The notes below the pieces were generated by a model. It was given only the letters and a program-made list of their open reading frames with translations, did no database searches and was not told where the DNA came from. A stretch of 64,000 bases of DNA, taken from assembly GCF_009914755.1 (NCBI RefSeq), contig NC_060931.1. One strand, given 5' to 3'. Position numbers and translations under genes: made by a program. This stretch comes from the human T2T-CHM13v2.0 reference genome, Homo sapiens. Numbering within the stretch: position 1 is the first letter of the stretch; the number at the start of each line of letters is the position of its first letter. Below, in pieces: positions 56,671-64,000 of this stretch.

Positions 56671-58720
56671 ATCATGAAACATTGTCTTTATTGTTTTGTT
56701 GATAATGTTTTAAATACAGAAATAAGTTTTCAATAAACTGACAGAACTAACAACACGTTATAATAGTTGGAACTTTGATGTACTTGATGTAATTGATGTA
56801 CTTGAGAAGTATTTAATGTACTTATAGGTAGCGGTTGATTCTTATTTGATTACAAATTAATTGTACATTTCCTTTTGCCATGGCTACCATGCTCCCATGT
56901 TCTGGTTTTTCTTTACCTCTCCAGCTTCACCCTTCAACTTGCTTCAGTTTGCAACCCTACTCTTGACGTACCTCTACAATTGCTTCTATTTGCATCTTGG
57001 CTCCGGTCATACCTGCCAGGATGGTATGCTATCCTAATACTGACCTTCAACCCCTGCTGTGACTTCCCTAAACAGTGTGAATTTTTAAGATTTATTCATA
57101 AATACATCTACAAAGCATTTACTGACCTTCAAGACTGAGTTGATGACTTTATCTTCTGTGCTCCAAGAGACATATATAGAGTATTATCATAGTGCCTATT
57201 GCATTTTATTGTACTTATCTTTTTACACGCCTCTGTCTCTATCAATTTTACTGTGAACAAATATTACATTTTGTATTGCTAGTGTAGTACCTAACACATA
57301 TTTGTAGGCAATACATTTAGGCTAATGCACCAACAAATGAATAAATGCATGTGTGATGCGTATGTCTTGGACAATGTTACAGAGAGAGCAAAATGTCTTA
57401 GTGTACAAAAGCAAAGCACAGGTCATTGATGGTAACTGTCCTTTTTTGGTTGAAAAGAGTTGACCCCAGTGATGTTATTTATGACAGCAGAGCTCAAGCA
57501 CTTCTATAGACATTTTTATTGGGAAGTTTCTTTCATCAGGGAAATATAACTGATAAGATAATAATTGTTACTTACTTTTAGCATCATAGGCTCACAGAAA
57601 ATAGGCAGTCCCTTCTATCACTGCTTCAGTAATTACCCTTCCTCCCTACTAGATACTGACACTATCATGAGAAAGGCAGAAATTGGTCTTGTAATTCATG
57701 TCAGTTCTTATTTTTTAATAATTCTAGGCAAGAGCAGAAAACTCAGATAATTTTTAATAATAGCAATAGGTACTCAATATATGATAAGATGCAAAAGTAC
57801 ACAGGGGCATTTCATTAACAAAAAATGAAAATAATAACCAATCATTTACATTTCAGATAAATATGAAAATTCTGGCATTTAGATAGTTATTATTGCTAAT
57901 TTAATTTTAATTAAGAAGCTCGTGAGTTACTATTTAGTGTAAGCTAGTTTTTTATAAAGTACCTGATTTTTAACAATCAACAAAATTCAGAATAGCAGAA
58001 TGTAATAAGTTAGAATGTTTCCAGTATACTTTACTTAACACCTTTGTTTGTATTAAAAGAACTTTGGAATTTTTATGTTACCATGAAGTCTAAGTCCTTT
58101 GTTTTCTGTTTTGTTTTCACCTTAAATTTTACAGAATATCCATTAGGCTAAAATTCCATAGAAAGTTTCTGCATAAGAAATTTGCTATTTAGAAATTATG
58201 TAGTTTAATCTGAGTAACTATTGCTTTTATTATAATAAGACTGTTTGAGTTTTCTGAGTCAACTGCAATGTACTATTTTTACATTATTAGTAGAAACAAT
58301 CTACTAGAAGTTAATTCGGTGGGAAGAAAATTCTATAATAGTTAGAACTTCACACAGGGGTTCTAACTGAATTTAGCTGGAGCAAGAGTAATGCACTCTT
58401 TTAGCAGATTTGAATCAGTTCCTTAACTCTAAGGAAGATTGCTTTGCTATTCTGCCCTTGCCTAGGATTATTAAAAAAATGAGAACTGACGTGGATTACA
58501 AGACCAACTTCTGCCTTTCTCATGGTAGTGTCAGTAACCAATAGGGAGGAAAGGTAATACTATCTTTTAATCTAGCAGTATGATGAGGGTCCCCTGAAAT
58601 AAGGACATTTACTATATTTGTTCTTTTTTTAAAACAACCTTTCTTTTTCTTCCAACAAAACTAATCAAGTCAGCTGACCTTGGCTAGTCCCATATCATCT
58701 GTTTTGTAAAGAACATACTA

Positions 58721-59069
<349 letters not shown>

Positions 59070-59654
59070 TTAAGTTCCTTCTAATTCAAATTTTAAGAAA
59101 CAAATAGGCTCAAACCATTATACTTTTTCCCTTGCTATATACACATTGCTTATTCTAAATATCTTCTATTTTTGAAATTACTTAATTTTGTGTTTCAAAA
59201 TCCTTAAGTCTTTTTTACAATGGGTGTCCATACTTAGATTTTTTCATTGTTCTTATAGTAGGTAAATTTAGGGAATATACTGAAAGGCATCTAAACTCTT
59301 CTGGACATAGTAGAACCTGGAAAGATCACTGTGTTCTCCTTGAGAATAATAGATTAAAAGACATCTTTATAACAGAATTAAGACTGATATAATTATAAGT
59401 TTTGGCAAAATAGCTGTAAGCTTAAGGAGTCTAAAATGGAAAATAACTTTTATATGGTTTATTTAGTAATAAATTACAACCCAATTCAAAGAGCTGTTTT
59501 AAAAGGATGTTGGTTAAAGGATGGAATGTTACAAATAGTCCTATCATAAGGTATATTATATAACACACATATGCACTGTTTTCTGCCAGAAAACCGCATC
59601 CTAAATGGGATTGGAGGGATTTTTCATGTGGTTTTACATGACAAATGTTTGTAT

Positions 59655-59940
59655 GTATTATCTATATCTACATATATATACACATCTTTATATATATGAA
59701 TGTATGTATATATGTGTATATATACACACATATAATATACACACATATACACATTTGTGTGTGTATGTTTTGTTTATAGATATATATATAAACACAATAT
59801 AGGTATACATATATAAAGATATATATACATATATTTACACAAAATGTATAATATAGAAATACATGTAAAATATATATTGTGTATATATATTTATGTATGT
59901 GTGTGTATATATATTTACACACATATATACATATATGTGC
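59655..59940. repeat. Degenerate (TA)n/(CA)n/(TG)n microsatellite
   Basis: About 280 bp of alternating purine-pyrimidine sequence. Confidence 0.85.
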
Positions 59941-60821
59941 ATTCGGGTTTGTTTTTCTAACAGCTTAATTTAGATATATTTAACATACAATAAGCTGCAC
60001 TAATTTAAAATATACAAGTTTATAACTTTTAATAAACATATACACCATTAAATCATCTTCACAATCAAGATACAGATTATGTACATGCTCCAAAACTTAC
60101 CTTTTACCTTTTCTTAGTTCCTCAATTCTTTACCTCCTTGCACACTCATCCATCCAATGAAAATCACTGATCTGCTTTCTTCCACTAGAAAATAGTTTGA
60201 ATTTTAACAATTTTTACATAAAAGAAATTTAAAGGATAAATTTACTCTTTTCTGCCTGGTTTCTTTCCTTCAGCATAATTCTGAGCTTTATCCATGTTGT
60301 TGCAGGTATTGGCTGATCATTTCATGTTATTTACTACCTAATATTCTGTTGTAAGGACACACCACAATTTCTTTATTCATTCATCTGTTAGAGGACACCT
60401 GGGTTGTTTCCAGGTTTTCACTATCATAAATAAAGTTGCTATAAACATTTGTGTATGTATAAGCCTTTGTATGGACATATGCCTTCATTTATCTTGGGCT
60501 AAAATCCTAGGAATGAGTTGGTTGGATCATTTGGTACATATGTGTTTAACTTTCTAAGAAACTGTCAAAAGTGTCTAAGAAAGTGTATAATTGTTGCATC
60601 ATTTTGCACACTCACCTCAAGACATAAGAGCTTTGTTTTTTTCACATTCTTTCTAACTCTTTATGGTCAGTCTTTGTTATTTTTAACATTCTAATAGGTC
60701 CATAGTATCATCTCATTTTTGTTTTAATTTGCACTTCCCTAGCAACTATATTGAACATCTCTTACATGCTAATTTGTCATCCATATATCCTCTTTGCTGA
60801 AATATCTGATTAAATATTTTA

Positions 60822-61138
60822 GGCTGGGCACAGTGGCTCATACCTGTAACCCCAGCACTTTGGGAGGTTGAATCGGGATGATTGTTTAAGTCCAGGAGTT
60901 CAAGACCAGCCTGGGAAACACAGGGAGAGCTAGTCTTTACAAAGAAAGAGAAAAAAAATCCCCAAGCAAGGTGGCTCATGCCTGTGGTCCCAGCAACTCA
61001 AGAGGCTGAGGCAGGAGGGTCGCCTGAGGCTGGGAGTTTCAGGCTGCAATAAGACCTGATTGCATGACTGCATCTGGTGTGGGTGACAATGTACAACCCC
61101 ATCTCGATAAATAAATAAAGTAAAAATAAAAATAAATA
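60822..61138 (+). mobile_element. AluJ
   Basis: Diverged Alu dimer with GGATGATTGTTTAAGTCCAGG-type J features. Confidence 0.9.
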
Positions 61139-62503
61139 ATTTGCCAGGTTTTATTTTATTTTTGTTTATTATTACTGAGTTTTGAATGTTACATATTCTG
61201 TATACAAATGTTTACTGATATGTGTTTTGTATTTTTTTTAGTTTACCTTTTTTTCTTTTTTGTGTCTTTAGAAGAGCAGAGTTTTCATATTTGAAGTTTC
61301 ATTTATCACTTTTGCTTTCTACTATGGATCATGTGTTGGTGTCATCTCTAAGAAATCTGCACCTAATCCAAAGCTATTATCAAAAATGTTAAAAGTCAAA
61401 GTTTTATAGTTTTAGAGTTTACATTTTATTTATATTTTCCATTTCCATTTATATTTATATTTAACTGTGTGTAGCTCAAGGTATCAATGAAAGTTTTTTT
61501 TAAATTTCACTTATGAATATCCACTTGTTTTAGCATGACTTGTTGAGAATGCTCTTTTCTCCACTGAATTGTCTTTAAACATATGTTGAAATCATTTGCA
61601 CATATATCCCTAATTTTACATCTGGACTAAATTTCCTATTCTAGTAATCTATTTCTCTACCTTGACACTGATACCACATTATATGAAAACCATGGCAGTA
61701 AAAATAAGCCTTGAAAGTAAGTAATGTTATTCCTCCAATTTTATTCTTCAAAGTTATTTTGGCTCTTGTGGTACCTCTGCATCTCTTCTGATTTTAAGAA
61801 TCAGCTTTACAATTTGAACCGAAAAGCATGCTGGAATATTGATATGCATTGCAGTGAATCTACAGATCAAATTGTGAGAACTCGCATCATTGCAATACTG
61901 AATGTTTCTACCCATATATATCATCTATATACCAAATTATATAAATTTTATTTAATTTATCTAAGCAATTATTATTTTATTTCATTGTGCATAGGTCTTG
62001 AACACCTTGGTGAGATTTATCCCTAGATAGTTCATACATATTATGTGATAAAGTAAGAAATTGTTTTTGTTTTAATTGATGATTTTTTTGTTGCTAGTAT
62101 ATACAAATACAATTGATTTTTAGAAGGCCCTATGTCCTAAAAATCTATGAAAATTATGAAAATATGAACTCACATATCATTCAAATTGCTTCAGAAAATA
62201 GATTCAAATAGATTTTCTACATAGACAAGCATATTATATTTGAGTATAGTTTTACTTGTTCCTTTCAAATCTTCTGTACTTTTTTCCAAATTTGTATGTC
62301 ATTGACTTTCAATCTGATCTTGCTATTTCCTTTCTTCTGCTACTTACTGTTTAATTTATTACTTAATTTTCATTTCTGAAGGTAGAAGCTGAGATTATTG
62401 TTTGGAGACTTATCTTCTTTTCTAATAATAATTGAAGACTTTAGTGTTATACATTTCCCCACATGCATTGCTTTGGTGGCATCTCACAAAGATTTATATA
62501 ATA

Positions 62504-62863
62504 TGATATGGTTTGGCTGTGTTCCCACCCAAATCTCATCTTGAATTGTAATCCCCATAATCCCTACATGTAGTGGGAGGGACCTGTTGGGAGGTAATTG
62601 AATCATGGGAGAGGTTTTCCCCATGCTGTTCTTGTGATAGTGGGTGAGTTCTCATGAGATCTGATGGTTTTATAAGCATCTGGCTTTTCTCCTGCCAGCA
62701 CTCATTCTCTCTCTTGCTACCCTGTGAAGAGGTGCCTTCTGCCATGAATGTAAATTTCCTGAGGCTTCCCCAGCCATGTGGAAATGTGAGCCAAAACTTT
62801 TTTCTTTATAAATTATTCTGTCTCGGGTATTTCTTCGTAGCAGTGCAATAATGGACTAATACA
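62504..62863 (+). mobile_element. THE1 (C-like) solo LTR
   Basis: TGATATGGTTTGGCTGTG...GGACTAATACA; TSD TAATA at 62499-62503 and 62864-62868. Confidence 0.93.
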
Positions 62864-63145
62864 TAATAGGTTTTTGTTTTTGTAGAATTCACAAACTTTC
62901 TCATTTTGAATTTGATTTCTTTTTTGCTGTACAATTTTTATGAGAATGCATTATTTAGTTTTCAAATGCTTGGGGATGGTCCAGAAAACATTCACTCATT
63001 TATATCTAATGTAATTCATTTGTGATTAGAAAACATACTTTTATAGATTTAAATTCCTTTGAATTCATTAAATTTTATTTTATATACCAGAGCATCATGT
63101 ATTGTGGTAAATGTTCCATTGCACTTGTTAAGAATGGGTAGTCTG

Positions 63146-63616
63146 CACAGGTGAAACCAACACTACCATGAAGGCCATAAAGACATCTATCCCACCTCCA
63201 TTTTCTCTCATCTGCATTATTATTGTTGTTATTATTGTGAGAACACTTAAAATAAGATCCACCCTTTTAGAAAATTTTAAGCGTACAATACAGTATATTT
63301 TTTTAAATTTTAGAGACAGGATCTCCTTTTATCACCCAGGCCAAAGTGCAGTGGTATGATCATAGTTCACTATAACTTCAAACTCCTGGCCTCAAGCGAT
63401 CCTCCTGCCTTGGCCTCTTAAAGCCCTGAGAGTATAGGTGTGAGCCACTGTGCCTGGCTAAGTATTGTTACTATAAGCACTATACTTCTATACTTATCCC
63501 CAAAGTCATCAAGTTTTATACATTAAATGCTTATAGCTTTTTATATCTCAATCACACTTCAATAAAGAGGCTTACAGTAAAATCAAACCAAAACAAAACA
63601 AAGCAAAACAAAAATG
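63146..63616 (+). mobile_element. Short L1MB 3' insertion with inverted 5' part
   Basis: TSD AAGAATG(G/T)GTAGTCTG at 63130-63145 and 63617-63632; antisense then sense L1MB 3' UTR; AATAAA and A-rich tail. Confidence 0.8.
63298..63458 (-). mobile_element. Alu monomer (FRAM-like)
   Basis: About 160-bp single-arm Alu inside the L1MB piece. Confidence 0.8.
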
Positions 63617-64000
63617 AAGAATGTGTAGTCTGTTGATTTTGGTTGGAGTGTTTCATAAACGTCAATTAGGTAAAATTGGTGGATAGTTTTGTCTCAGTGT
63701 TACTTGCAATTTTTTCTTAATTGTTCAATCAATAATTGAAGAGAGGGATAATAGTCTCTGACTTAGAGATTTTCTGGTTCTCCTTGCCATTCTTTCAATT
63801 TTTGATTCTTTTATTTTAAAAGTTTATTATCAGATGCATTAATGTTAAAGATCATTGTGCCATATTGATGGGTTGACCTTCTTAACATTATATAATGACT
63901 TTCATTATTACTGGAATATTCTTTGTTCTAAAATATACTTTATCTGATATTAACTTAACCATCCCAGCTTCCTCTTGATTCATGTTAGCATGGTATTTCT

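Larger units (their letters stand above)
59948..64000 (-). mobile_element. Old L1M (L1MC/MD-like) with nested AluJ, THE1 and L1MB
   Basis: 3' UTR (AACAGCTTAATTTAGATAT..ACAATAAGCTGCAC) followed by decayed ORF2 antisense to the window end. Confidence 0.8.

Noticed and set aside
59605-59940. Y/I/C/H-rich ORFs or a repeat array
   Set aside because: Translation of a dinucleotide microsatellite; no repeat-spacer structure.

Overview
AT-rich, gene-poor primate (almost certainly human) genomic DNA, mostly transposable-element derived. I see no host protein-coding gene, RNA gene or CRISPR array, and nearly all supplied ORFs are repeat-derived or chance. Left to right the window holds: (1) the 5' LTR (LTR7, LTR7up-like) and tRNA-His primer-binding site of a minus-strand HERV-H provirus that runs off the left edge; (2) a fossil ERVL pol gene split by an L1PA8-like insertion; (3) two old, apparently full-length L1PA15/16-like LINEs in tail-to-tail orientation with nested MaLR LTRs, Alus and L1 fragments; (4) a MER41 LTR inside an AluJ; (5) a young ~6.0-kb full-length L1PA2/late-L1PA3 with dead ORF1/ORF2 but an intact antisense ORF0; (6) largely unique DNA with several good plus-strand splice signals; (7) an old L1M containing a twin-primed L1MB insertion. 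I cannot support a wholly new biological system. The best leads are TE-derived promoters (LTR7up; L1 antisense promoter/ORF0 with candidate downstream exons) and several unusual retrotransposition or repair scars. Subfamily names come from recalled consensus sequences, not a database search, and boundaries of old repeats are approximate.
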